Shown here: in pieces, positions 9,156 through 17,995 of the stretch
Layout: every line of letters begins with the position of its first letter
Position numbering within the stretch: the first letter of the stretch is position 1
Origin: Longimicrobiales bacterium
Lineage (GTDB): Bacteria > Gemmatimonadota > Gemmatimonadetes > Longimicrobiales > Gaopeijiaceae
Assembly: GCA_965248195.1 (NCBI GenBank)
Contig: CBDFIQ010000002.1
Coordinates: forward strand, 2,016,001-2,080,000
Length of the DNA: 64,000 nucleotides
Reading direction: 5' to 3'
Notes under the pieces: generated by a model
The model's input: the letters and a program-made list of their open reading frames with translations, nothing else
Databases searched by the model: none
Told to the model about the DNA's origin: nothing
Made by a program: the position numbers and the translations under genes

Positions 9156-10370
9156 TCAGGGCTCGAGCCGGAGCAGCACCGCGTCGTCCTCCTCGGTCAA
9201 GATATAGAGGTACCCGTCGGGCCCCTGCCGAACGTCTCGGATCCGCTGCTTGAGTTCGGTGAGTAACCACTCACGTCGGATCTCCTCACCGTCCGCGTTG
9301 AACACGATCCTCTCCAAGTGCCCGGTGTGGGCCATCCTCCCGACCATCATCGAGCCGACGAACAGGTTGCCCTGCCAGGCGGGAAAATGCTCACCCGTGT
9401 AGAACGTCATCCCGGACGGGGCGATCGACGGCCACCAGAGGACCTCGGCACTTTCGAACGTAGCGAGCCAAGGCGTGTCCGACACCCAATCACCGATGTA
9501 CTCACGGCTGTACGAGGCGATTGGCCAGCCGTAGTTCCGGCCCGCCCGAATGATGTTGACCTCGTCACCGCCCTGGGGTCCGTTCTCGCTCGCCCACAGA
9601 TCCCCTGTCTCCGGATGCAGCGAGAGCCCAAGCTGGTTTCGGTGCCCCAAGGAGTAGATTTCCGGCAGGTAATCGGCGTTGCCGACGAACGGGTTGCCGG
9701 GGGCCGGCGTCCCGTCGTCGTTGAGGCGTAGGAGCTTGCCGAAGTGCGTGCCCGGATCCTGCGCGTACTCCCCTGTCTGTGCAAACACGTAGGATCCGCC
9801 GATGCTCATGAACAGCGTCCCATCCGGGTGGAACAGGATTCTGGACGCGGCGATCCCGTCATCCAACCCCTTCGCCACAAAGATCTCCTCCACCTCGGTC
9901 AGTCGATCCCCGTCGAGGAGACCCCGGGACAATGCGACCGTCTGCGCAGGTTCCCCCTCATGTTCTATCGCTTTGGTGTACGTGAGGAAGACGACGCGGT
10001 CATCGTCCGGGTGGAGGGCGATGTCCAGGAGTCCGGCGCGGTCCCGACCAGCGAACACTTCCGGTACACCCGGGATGTCCCGCTCCAGGAGCTGGCCGTC
10101 GCGGATCACCCTCAGCGTGCCCTTGTCACGTTCCGTGACCAGGATGTCGCCGTTGCGTCTGAAGGCCATGCCCCAAGGATGCGAGAGCCCGCCGGCGATC
10201 GGCACCACGCGCACTAGAGGCACCACGTCCGTGTTGATCACCACCGGCCCGTCCGGTGGTCGCAGCGCTGGGACGCCGCCACGTGTCTGGGCGGATGCGG
10301 ATCCGCCCGAGAGGACTATCGCGAACGTGAGCGCGAAACACGGGCGTCGAACTCGGGTCATCTGGCTCAT
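9156..10370 (-). CDS. PQQ-dependent aldose sugar dehydrogenase (YliI/GSDH-like)
   Basis: GLSHPWGMAF, GHRNQLG, ENGPQGGDEVN, NYGWP, RIRDVRQGPDG. Confidence 0.92.
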   Translation of the reverse strand: MSQMTRVRRPCFALTFAIVLSGGSASAQTRGGVPALRPPDGPVVINTDVVPLVRVVPIAGGLSHPWGMAFRRNGDILVTERDKGTLRVIRDGQLLERDIPGVPEVFAGRDRAGLLDIALHPDDDRVVFLTYTKAIEHEGEPAQTVALSRGLLDGDRLTEVEEIFVAKGLDDGIAASRILFHPDGTLFMSIGGSYVFAQTGEYAQDPGTHFGKLLRLNDDGTPAPGNPFVGNADYLPEIYSLGHRNQLGLSLHPETGDLWASENGPQGGDEVNIIRAGRNYGWPIASYSREYIGDWVSDTPWLATFESAEVLWWPSIAPSGMTFYTGEHFPAWQGNLFVGSMMVGRMAHTGHLERIVFNADGEEIRREWLLTELKQRIRDVRQGPDGYLYILTEEDDAVLLRLEP

Positions 10371-10526
10371 GGCTCCTCCCTGTTGGAACCATCATACTAC
10401 GGCAGCGCGCTTGGCCATGCACCGTCAGCCTTGCAGCTCACGCCTTGCGTTGGCATCGTGGTACGAGTGGTTGGGTGGGTCCCCAGCAAGCCCATCCGCA
10501 TTCGAAATCGGAGAAGTTCGGGTCCA

Positions 10527-11081
10527 ATGCAGGCGAATCTCAAGACAAAAAATCCACGGGTGGCGGGCGGTTTAGCGCTCGTTGGTGGCCCCCTGGGCTT
10601 TCTGTATGTCGGGTGGCGTTACGCTCTAGCCGCGACGGCTGTCTTCGTAGCCGTCATCATGGTCTTCGCGTTTCTGCCTGTCCCATCCTGGCTCAAGTAT
10701 GTCAATCTGCCGGTCTTCGCATTCATGGCCTACACGATTTGCGAGTCGCTCAATCGCCTCGTTGACCGGGGACTGCACAGGGACGTTCTCGAGTCCAACA
10801 CGTGGCCAATCGCCGTTTTCGCCATGACGAGCATGCTTCCCCTGCTCGCAGGGACTCACTCGGCGGTTATGGGGGTCACTACCGCCGTCTCGCCGTTCAT
10901 GGGCGGTGACATAGGCAGGGGCATGTTCATGCTGTTGTTGGTGACTCCGCTGTTCGTCGTAGTGAATTTCGTCGGTTTTCTGCTGATTGCCACACTCATT
11001 GATCGTGTGGTCATGAGGTTGGCCCCTGCCACACGAAGGCACATTTTCCCACCCGTAATGAGCTTTTGGGGGGAGAGGTAG
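10527..11081 (+). CDS. Hypothetical membrane protein (several TM helices)
   Basis: KNPRVAGGLALVGGPLGFLYVGW start and hydrophobic stretches; start inferred. Confidence 0.65.
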   Translation: MQANLKTKNPRVAGGLALVGGPLGFLYVGWRYALAATAVFVAVIMVFAFLPVPSWLKYVNLPVFAFMAYTICESLNRLVDRGLHRDVLESNTWPIAVFAMTSMLPLLAGTHSAVMGVTTAVSPFMGGDIGRGMFMLLLVTPLFVVVNFVGFLLIATLIDRVVMRLAPATRRHIFPPVMSFWGER

Positions 11082-11385
11082 GGCACCCGGCCAGGTAGAC
11101 GGTGGTTCTCGCCCGTGCCTTCGGCCCGATGGTTGTCCCTTGGAAGCGCATCGTGGACCATCGCGTACCAACAACGAAATAAACTGCATCCCGCCGTATC
11201 GCCTAGTGGAGTGCAGACGCGGTGTGCGGGCGTGGATGTGAAGGTAGGAGAGCGCACGGACCTCAACCGCATGCGCCTCGTCCGATCTTGCATCGGAGAA
11301 CGCTGAAGGCGTATCATGCACGGGCAGCTCACCATTCCCGCACCGTCATAGGAGAAGTCAAATGGATCGATTGTCTACCGTACTA

Positions 11386-12199
11386 GGGCCTGTTAACACT
11401 ATCTGAGGGCTTCGACGATGAGCGCGAAGTGGATGAAGGCGGTAAACATCACGTCGAGCTTGTCAAAGCGGGAGAAGATTCTTCTGAAGCCTTTGAGTCG
11501 CCGAAATAACCGCTCTATTTCGTTACGACGGCGATACATGACTCGGTCATACTGCCACGGGTTAACACGGCCCTGCTTGGGTGGCACGACCGGCGTAAAC
11601 CCCAGCTCCAACACCAATTGCCGTGTTTCGCCCCCCTCGTACGCCCGGTCCATGATCATGGACACTGTGGAATGTACCGGCTTCAACGTGCGTAGCAGTT
11701 CCCGTCCTTCCGGCGCGTCGTGCTTGTGGCCTGGCGATAGCGAGAAGGTTATCGCGGTTCGAGCATCTGCGGCAACCATATGAATCTTGGTGGTCCAGCC
11801 TCCACGCGACTTGCCGATGGCCTGCGGGCCGTTTTTTTTTAGAGCGCCGGTGCCATCAGGGTGCACCTTGACGATGGTACTGTCGATCGACAGAGCTTGG
11901 ATCTTGATCCGGATAATTTGCTCGTCTTGCAGGGCCGCAAAGACACGATCCAGCACACCTGCCCTGGCCCAGCGATTCATTCGGGTGTAGATCGTATGCC
12001 AGTTACCGAAACGCGGAGGCAACCCCCGCCATTTGCAGCCGTGTTCGGCCACATACAGGATCGCGTTAAGCACTTCGAGATTGGAGATGCTCACATTGCC
12101 GCGCTGATGCGGAAAGCAAGCCTCTATCCGACGATATTGGGACTCTGTGATTTTCATAGCCCCAATATACTACAAATTGCCCTTAGTGTTAACAGACCC
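11386..12199 (-). mobile_element. IS5-family (IS427-like) element in a CTAG target
   Basis: 16-bp inverted repeats GGGCCTGTTAACACTA / GGGTCTGTTAACACTA; TA duplicated (or CTAG if the ends are drawn 1 bp further in). Confidence 0.92.
11399..12157 (-). CDS. IS5-family transposase
   Basis: GCKWRGLP, IDSTIVKVH, SRGGWTTKIH, MDRAY, YRRRNEIERLFRRLK. Confidence 0.94.
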   Translation of the reverse strand: MKITESQYRRIEACFPHQRGNVSISNLEVLNAILYVAEHGCKWRGLPPRFGNWHTIYTRMNRWARAGVLDRVFAALQDEQIIRIKIQALSIDSTIVKVHPDGTGALKKNGPQAIGKSRGGWTTKIHMVAADARTAITFSLSPGHKHDAPEGRELLRTLKPVHSTVSMIMDRAYEGGETRQLVLELGFTPVVPPKQGRVNPWQYDRVMYRRRNEIERLFRRLKGFRRIFSRFDKLDVMFTAFIHFALIVEALR

Positions 12200-12921
12200 T
12201 AGTGTTGGTCGCGCTGGCCGCGACGACCGCCTGCCAGGACCAGAAAGCCGGCCCCGTGGGACCGGAGGGCACCGTTGCACAGTCGAGCACGGCGTCGAGT
12301 AGGTCCAGTGTCTCGACATACGAGGTCACGGTCACGAACGAAACGCACGGCCAGCCATTCACCCCCCCGCTCGCTGTCACACACCGCCGGAGGCCCCCCG
12401 TGTTCAAGGTCGGTCAAGCGGCGAGCCTCGGAGTGCAAGAGATCGCCGAGAACGGAAATCTCGCGGAACTCGAGGCTGCATTGGCGGGGGACGTATTCGA
12501 TCTGGTGATCGCTGCTGGATCACCCCCCCCTATCCTTCCGGGGACTTCGCGTTCGTTTACGATCACGGCGGACAGGCGAGCCAAGTTTTTCTCGTTCGTT
12601 TCGATGCTGATTTGCACGAATGACGGCTTTACCGGTCTCGCTGGCGTGCGACTGCCCGACGATGACGATGCCTCGGTTCACAAGCTCGTGGCGTATGACG
12701 CGGGCACCGAGAGGACTACGGAACTCTTCGCCGACATGGTTCCGCCCTGCGGCCCCTTGACCAGTAGTGGTCCAAGCGGTAGCGGCACCGGCACGACCAA
12801 CCCGACCCTCGCCGAGAACGGCGTTATCCACATGCACGCAGGTATCCAGGGGATCGGTGACCTGGACCTGAACCTTCACAGATGGACCGATCCCGTCGCA
12901 ACTGTGTCCATCAGACGCCTC

Positions 12922-13017
12922 GACGACGATGGGGACGATGACGACGATGGGGACAATGATGACGATGGGGACAATGACGACGATGGGGACAATGACGACG
13001 ATGGGGACGATGGGGAC
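12922..13017 (+). repeat. 18-bp tandem repeat GACGATGGGGAC(A/G)ATGAC encoding DDGDND
   Basis: About 5 units read directly. Confidence 0.92.
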
Positions 13018-13459
13018 GTGGAGACCGAGGCGGACTTGGACGGCAGTCAAGAGGTCCCATCTGTTGTGACCAACATGACGGGTGAGGTCGAGGTGGAGAT
13101 CGAGGATGGCAAGCTGGAGTTTGAGCTCGAGGTCTCCAACAATACGCACAACATCTTCGCGGCACACATTCACTGTGCGGCCCCGGGCGCCAATGGTCCA
13201 GTTGGTGTCACCCTTTTCAGCGGGTCTTTCACGGCCGCAAGTGGAATCCTGGCTGAGGGGACAGTAATGGCTCCGAACACGGGAAACAGCTGCGGCTGGG
13301 CCGACATTTCTGCTGTCGCCGCTGCGATACGGAGCGGGAACACCTATGTCAACGTTCATACAACGTCAACATCGGGTGGAGTCCCGTCGGGCGAGATCAG
13401 AGGCAATCTGCCTGGAAGTGACGATGATGACGATTGACCGCTGATGCCGACCAATCCGG

Positions 13460-13497
13460 AAGCCCCGAGCGCCCCAGCGGCGTTCGGGGCTTTCTTC
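13460..13497 (+). terminator. Intrinsic terminator after the spondin-CHRD gene
   Basis: AAGCCCCGAGCGCC / GGCGTTCGGGGCTT stem followed by a T-rich tail. Confidence 0.7.
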
Positions 13498-13551
13498 TCC
13501 GAAACTTGTCCAAACGGCGAGCCCGAACGTGGACAACCGCTGGAAGGTTAG

Positions 13552-13604
13552 TGCCGGGGGTGGGAATCGAACCCACATGGGATTTCTCCCGAGGGATTTT
13601 AAGT
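13552..13604 (-). pseudogene. 3' half of tRNA-Leu(TAA), att-core-like remnant
   Basis: CTTAAAA anticodon loop, variable arm, GTGGGTTCGATTCCCAC T-arm and CCCCGGCA acceptor 3' strand; no D-arm or matching 5' strand upstream. Confidence 0.85.
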
Positions 13605-13710
13605 TCTAACCAGGGCCTTCTTGCGGCGTGACGCATGTGTACGAAAGTGCACGGATGCAAGTGAATACGGGGGATTCACGCTTTAGGGCTGTTGCAGGGA
13701 TCGACACCCG

Positions 13711-13742
13711 TTGGCACAGGTCACGGCACAATCACGGCACAA
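13711..13742. repeat. Direct repeats TCACGGCACAA x2 plus a degenerate copy; integrase arm-site-like
   Basis: 13721-13731 and 13732-13742, plus TTGGCACAGG at 13711. Confidence 0.6.
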
Positions 13743-13800
13743 TGGCTCCGTGTGGGTGCGAAGCTCAAACACGGGTTTCGCACCCTTTCTGCATCCGTTC

Positions 13801-13821
13801 TTGCACACAACATTGCACACA
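13801..13821. repeat. Direct repeats TTGCACACA x2; arm-site-like
   Basis: 13801-13809 and 13813-13821. Confidence 0.5.
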
Positions 13822-13872
13822 CCTAATTCGGCTAGGGATCTGAAAAGGCTGATCAAGGCCATCCCAGCCACT

Positions 13873-14031
13873 ATCGCCCACCGGCTGTCGACGGTGCTGG
13901 GAGCCGACCACATCGTCGTGTTACACCACGGGGCGCTGTGTGAGGAGGGAACCCACGAGGAGCTGTTGGAGCTTGGTGGGCTGTACGTGCGGCTGCACGA
14001 GTTGCAGTTCACGCGGACGCCGGTGGCGTGA
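13873..14031 (+). pseudogene. Isolated C-terminal fragment of an ABC exporter ATPase (MsbA-like)
   Basis: [46 protein letters not shown]; upstream sequence is not ABC-like. Confidence 0.85.
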
Positions 14032-14041
14032 TCAAGCCGGG

Positions 14042-14122
14042 CTAGCGCAGCCCCCCGTCGCCCTCGCTAGCTAGGATCCGAAAGCCCTCCTCAATCCAGT
14101 CTTTCCGTGATCTTCGAGCCAT
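14042..14122 (-). pseudogene. N-terminal stub of a TetR-family regulator
   Basis: MARRSRKDWIEEGFRILASEGDGGLR* with GGAGGAGG upstream; resembles TetR helix 1. Confidence 0.55.
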
Positions 14123-14218
14123 CCGGCAGTCTCGCTCCTCCTCCCATGTCTTGTCCTGACGGTGCACGGCGTCGAACTGTAATGCGTGCGAACCTCACAG
14201 GCCATCGCGCTCCGGACC

Positions 14219-14290
14219 TCAGTCCCGCGGGATAAAGTGTTCAAGAACGACATACACACCGACCACACACGTAGCGATGAGCCCTGGAAC
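14219..14290 (-). pseudogene. Probable 3' end of a membrane-protein gene truncated at the IS256 end
   Basis: VPGLIATCVVGVYVVLEHFIPRD* begins exactly at the IS boundary. Confidence 0.4.
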
Positions 14291-15666
14291 GGTCAAGTCC
14301 CGATTTGTGTGTAAAAGCGGAGGAAGCTCCTCGCCTTCGGCTAGGCTGCTTGGGCGACCTCCTGTTTCTGGAGGAGTGAGAGGTCGAGGTAACGCCGGTC
14401 GCCCCAGACGTGTGTGGTCCTGAGTGCGACGGCCGTGATGAGCCTGAGGGCGCTGGCCCGGTCCGGGAAGGCGCCGGCGGCCTTGATCCTGCGTTTGATC
14501 TCGCCGTGCAGCCGCTCGAGGCTGTTGGTGGTACGCAGCCGGGGCCAGTGCGCCTCGGGGAACGCGTAGAACTGCGTCGCTGCCCCGAAGCCCCGCTCCA
14601 GGACCTCCACGGCCTCGGGCAGCTCCTTCTTCCAGCGTGCGCCGAACTCGCCCAGGAGCTTCTTCGCCTCGGCGAGTCCGGATGTCTGGAAGATCACCGA
14701 GACCTCACGCGCCACGCGCTTGCGTAGGCGGTGGGGGACCCTCGCCCCCACATTACGCTGCAGATGGACCGTACACCTCTGACGGCGTGCCTCGGGCAGG
14801 AAGCGGCGGACCGCAGCTGCCAGGCCTGCGTGCTCATCGGCGATCACGAGCTCGACACCGCCGAGGCCGCGGTCCTGGAGTTGCTCGAGGAGCTCCGACC
14901 AGCTCTGCTGCGACTCCTCAGCGCCCAGCGTGACGGCCAGGAGCCGTCGGTGACCCTCAGGGCCCACTGCATACGCCACGAGCGCACTCACGTTCTCGAC
15001 TTTGCGGGCCCAGCGGGCGTCCAAGAACGTGGCGTCCAGGTACAGATAGGGGTGAGGCCCCTCGATCGGCGCACGGCGCAGCCCTTCCACGGCCTCGTCG
15101 AGCCGTTTTGCCACACGACTCACCGTCGAGCGCCCAACACGCTCGCCCATCAGCGCCTCGGTGACGTCGCCCATCTTGCGCTGTGACACGCCGCTCACAT
15201 ACGCCTCGACCATCATCTCGTCGAGCTCGGGGCTCCTGCGCTGGTAGCGGCCGATCACGTCGGCCGGCGAACCGTTGTCCCGGCTCCGGGGCATGGCGAC
15301 CTCGATCTGCCCCAGGCTCGTCAGCAGCCGCCTCAGGTATGTGCCGTTCCTATGGTCCTTCCGGCTTCCCACCCGCTCGAAGCGGCGTGCACCTACCATG
15401 GCCTTCAGCTCCTCTTCCAGCACCATCTCGAGCGTCAGCCGGATCGCGCCTTGAAACAGCTCGCGCAAATCATCGCGTAGCTCGTCTTGCGTGGCCCGAC
15501 CGATCTCCACAATCTCTTGCATCGGAAGCTCCTCTCCGGTTCCGAGCCTGCTCTGCAGACCCGGACTCCCGGGTTCATGTGACAGTGAACAACAACAGAG
15601 GAGCTTCCGTTTTTCTTTCCCTCCTGTCCAGCTTATCCGCTTTTACACAAATCTAGGGACACTACC
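14291..15666 (-). mobile_element. IS256-family element, copy 2, no TSD
   Basis: Same ends and same translated ORFs as copy 1 (offset 9906); flanks CCCTGGAAC and GGTGGGGAA differ. Confidence 0.95.
14341..15522 (-). CDS. IS256 transposase
   Basis: Protein identical to 4435-5616. Confidence 0.96.
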   Translation of the reverse strand: MQEIVEIGRATQDELRDDLRELFQGAIRLTLEMVLEEELKAMVGARRFERVGSRKDHRNGTYLRRLLTSLGQIEVAMPRSRDNGSPADVIGRYQRRSPELDEMMVEAYVSGVSQRKMGDVTEALMGERVGRSTVSRVAKRLDEAVEGLRRAPIEGPHPYLYLDATFLDARWARKVENVSALVAYAVGPEGHRRLLAVTLGAEESQQSWSELLEQLQDRGLGGVELVIADEHAGLAAAVRRFLPEARRQRCTVHLQRNVGARVPHRLRKRVAREVSVIFQTSGLAEAKKLLGEFGARWKKELPEAVEVLERGFGAATQFYAFPEAHWPRLRTTNSLERLHGEIKRRIKAAGAFPDRASALRLITAVALRTTHVWGDRRYLDLSLLQKQEVAQAA

Positions 15667-15879
15667 GGTGGGGAAGGGTGGTGAGGAGAAGGCACGAAAC
15701 GGGCTCAAGCATACTGAAGGCGCGACGAGGCCAAAGAGACCAAGGTCCAAAAAAAAGCGGGGGCACGAGTCCAAAGAAACGAACGACGCGGGAGGGGCGC
15801 TGGCTCAGGGGTGGGACAGCGTGCGTGAGGACGCCGCCATGGCTCTCCCGCGTTCAAACGTTCTCAAAGAAGGGGCGGC

Positions 15880-16146
15880 ATGACCGCCCATGACCAACGG
15901 CAGCAGCATGGCAAGGAAGTCAGCGGGAAGCTCATGGAGAGAATCGGCCAGGTCGCTGCCGCCGTACCACTCGGCCACTGGCCCCCTATCGTCGACGCAC
16001 CGTCATCAGAGTTCATGACCGCCCTGAGTGCGTGGGAGATCGACCCATCCGATTTGACGATGCAGCGGGTCAGCGACGCCTACGATGACGTGCTCGATGC
16101 GTGGCGTCAGGCTGCTGCTGAGTACGCCACAGAGAGGGCGTCGTAA
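15880..16146 (+). CDS. Hypothetical protein of the element
   Basis: 88 aa, AAGGGG RBS, same strand as the integrase module. Confidence 0.6.
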   Translation: MTAHDQRQQHGKEVSGKLMERIGQVAAAVPLGHWPPIVDAPSSEFMTALSAWEIDPSDLTMQRVSDAYDDVLDAWRQAAAEYATERAS

Positions 16147-16188
16147 TGGGTGCTTGCGAAGTGAGGTTATATAAGCAATTATGCTTAC

Positions 16189-16434
16189 ATGGACAGCGCA
16201 ACGGTTTTCAGGAATGCGCTCCGATTCCTGGTGAGCACGTCGGTCGAAAAGGTGGCCAAAGACACAGGCTATTCCCGGTCGCTTCTGGACGGATACTTGA
16301 ATCGCAGGCCGCCGTCCAAAGCTGCTGTACTGGCATTGGCAAACCTGTTGAGGGTCCGCGCCAGCGAACTCCAACGGCACGCGATGAGTCTCGACGAGGT
16401 CGCCGATGAAGGCCCACGAGGAGATTCGGCATGA
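16189..16434 (+). CDS. Small XRE-like HTH protein
   Basis: SVEKVAKDTGYSRSLLDGYLNRRPPSKAAVLALANLL. Confidence 0.65.
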   Translation: MDSATVFRNALRFLVSTSVEKVAKDTGYSRSLLDGYLNRRPPSKAAVLALANLLRVRASELQRHAMSLDEVADEGPRGDSA

Positions 16435-16621
16435 CCTGGTCGGCGACGGCTACGACATCGAGCCGCTACTCACCGCCGAGGAGGTCGGCCAGATTCTCAG
16501 GGTGCCCGCCAAGAGCGTCTACGAGCTTCCGCTCCCTCGCATCCGGCTCGGGACGCGACGCATCCGTTGGAGACCTTGTGACGTTCGTGCGTTCATCGAC
16601 CGAAGGGTTGAGGACCAATGA
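16406..16621 (+). CDS. Excisionase/AlpA-like (HTH_17) protein
   Basis: LLTAEEVGQILRV...SVYE...LPRIRLG...RWRPCDVRAFI. Confidence 0.8.
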   Translation: MKAHEEIRHDLVGDGYDIEPLLTAEEVGQILRVPAKSVYELPLPRIRLGTRRIRWRPCDVRAFIDRRVEDQ

Positions 16622-16633
16622 GGGAGGCAGGTA

Positions 16634-17806
16634 ATGGCGACCAAACGAGCCAACGGCATCCACTATGTGAAGCGAACCTTCCCTGGCCTGGGCAAGATCT
16701 ACAAGAGCCTCGGGACCCGAAATAGGGGTCGCGCACAGGTCTTGGAGGCGATGTTGGTGTCGCTGCACGGCCAGGGCCGCGTCGAGCTTGTGAGGGCGTT
16801 CTTGGACGGCCGAATCACGGTCGAGGGCTTGGCCGAGTATTACGAGACGGGCCGCATCCACGAACTGACCGCCAAGCTCAGTGAACAGAACTCCCCGCTG
16901 TCCGAAGCTTGCGAGGACGCGCTGCGGCTCAAATCTCCCGACGTGAAAATCAGAACGCTTGAAGTCTACACAACGGGGCTCGCCCACTTCCGGCGTTTCA
17001 GCGGTCTGCGTTCTGTGAGAGAGGCACTGACAACCGATCAGATCCAAGAGTTCAAGGCGTTTCGGAAGGTAGAGGGCGTGAAGAGCGAGACGATCAACAA
17101 CGATTTGATCGCAGTTTCGATCCTCGCAACGCACGCGCTTCGCCGGAACTGGATCGACAAGCGCCCCGAGATCAGCCGGTTCACGACGAAAATACGGATC
17201 AACTACATCGAGTCCGACCAACTCGCCCCCTACATGGCGAACCTGCGTAGGCAGTTCCGCCCGCTGTTTCAGTTGTTGGTGGGTAGCGGGATGCGCCTCG
17301 GTGAGGCAGAGGCGTTGCGGGTCTGTGATCTACGAATGGGCGGCTCTGAGGCTCGTGCACAGATCAGAGACTCGAAAACGGAGTCCGGCGTCAGGAACGT
17401 GTTCATACCTGCGTGGGCCGCCGACGCGCTCAGGACACACATCGAGGAACGTGCGTTGTCGGGCACGGACCCGCTCTTTCCGATGCTGCGCCGCACGACC
17501 CAGAAGGAGCACCGCCGCGCCTGCAAGCTGGCAGGTATCCACGTTTATACCGTCCACGACCACAGGCACACGGCGGCAGTACACCTCGCCAGGGCGGGGT
17601 TGCCGCTCAACCTGCTCATGCGCCAACTCGGCCACTCCACAATCAAGATGACGATGCGTTACGCGGCGTTCCACCCCGACTATTCGGACATGGAAGAATA
17701 CTTCGATAGGGTTGGCGAAACCCTCGGATTGGGGGCTTCGGGTAACAGATCGGGTAACACCCCCAAGAAAGGGGTCCGCGAGCCGGAGCCGGTCAAGCTG
17801 CCGTAA
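16634..17806 (+). CDS. Tyrosine recombinase/integrase
   Basis: Catalytic set R (GMRLGE), K (DSKT), HxxR (HDHRH), H (LGHS), Y (MRYA). Confidence 0.95.
   Translation: MATKRANGIHYVKRTFPGLGKIYKSLGTRNRGRAQVLEAMLVSLHGQGRVELVRAFLDGRITVEGLAEYYETGRIHELTAKLSEQNSPLSEACEDALRLKSPDVKIRTLEVYTTGLAHFRRFSGLRSVREALTTDQIQEFKAFRKVEGVKSETINNDLIAVSILATHALRRNWIDKRPEISRFTTKIRINYIESDQLAPYMANLRRQFRPLFQLLVGSGMRLGEAEALRVCDLRMGGSEARAQIRDSKTESGVRNVFIPAWAADALRTHIEERALSGTDPLFPMLRRTTQKEHRRACKLAGIHVYTVHDHRHTAAVHLARAGLPLNLLMRQLGHSTIKMTMRYAAFHPDYSDMEEYFDRVGETLGLGASGNRSGNTPKKGVREPEPVKLP
17738..17759. repeat. TCGGGTAACA x2, likely integrase arm-type sites
   Basis: 17738-17747 and 17750-17759, about 70 bp from the tRNA 3' end. 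Confidence 0.65.
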
Positions 17807-17825
17807 ATCGTTGTCCTGTATGAAG

Positions 17826-17909
17826 CGGAGGGGGCGGGATTCGAACCCGCGTGGGCTTGCGCCCGCCAGTTTTCAAGACTGGTGCATTGAACCGCTCTGC
17901 CACCCCTCC
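17826..17909 (-). tRNA. tRNA-Ser(TGA), CCA not encoded
   Basis: GGAGGGG acceptor, TGGCAGAGCGG D-arm, CCAGT-CTTGAAA-ACTGG anticodon arm, long variable arm, GGTTCGAATCC. Confidence 0.96.
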
Positions 17910-17995
17910 AGGCGCTGCCTGTATTGGGAAACCTCAGGCACGCCCACGCCTCCTGTAAAGAGGGGTCCGATCAGTGGTAGGGGAAGCTTACGGGG

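Larger units (their letters stand above)
11362..13437 (+). pseudogene. Spondin_N + Asp-rich linker + CHRD lipoprotein, signal peptide cut by IS5
   Basis: MDRLSTVL (11362-11385, GGAG RBS) joins VLVALAATTAC (12202) in frame. Spondin motifs YEVTVTN, SMLICTNDGF, AYDAGTE; CHRD motifs LDGSQEVP, AAHIH, YVNVHT, GEIRG. Confidence 0.88.
15667..17825 (+). mobile_element. Truncated integrative element/satellite remnant at tRNA-Ser
   Basis: Small ORF, HTH, excisionase-like gene and tyrosine integrase abutting the tRNA 3' end; left side cut by IS256. Confidence 0.82.

Noticed and set aside
11281..11297. TCCGAT-N5-ATCGGA palindrome upstream of the spondin gene
   Set aside because: Six-bp arms can arise by chance; no second instance seen.
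12922..13017. CRISPR-like repeat array
   Set aside because: No spacers; in-frame coding repeat; no cas genes.
13552..13640. Functional tRNA-Leu
   Set aside because: The 5' acceptor strand, D-arm and 5' anticodon stem are missing.
13711..14031. 106-aa ORF as a real gene
   Set aside because: The N-terminal half is repeat-containing non-coding-like sequence; only the tail is ABC-derived.
4385..15666. Composite transposon bounded by the two IS256 copies
   Set aside because: Copy 1 has its own TSD inside one gene and the outer flanks do not match.
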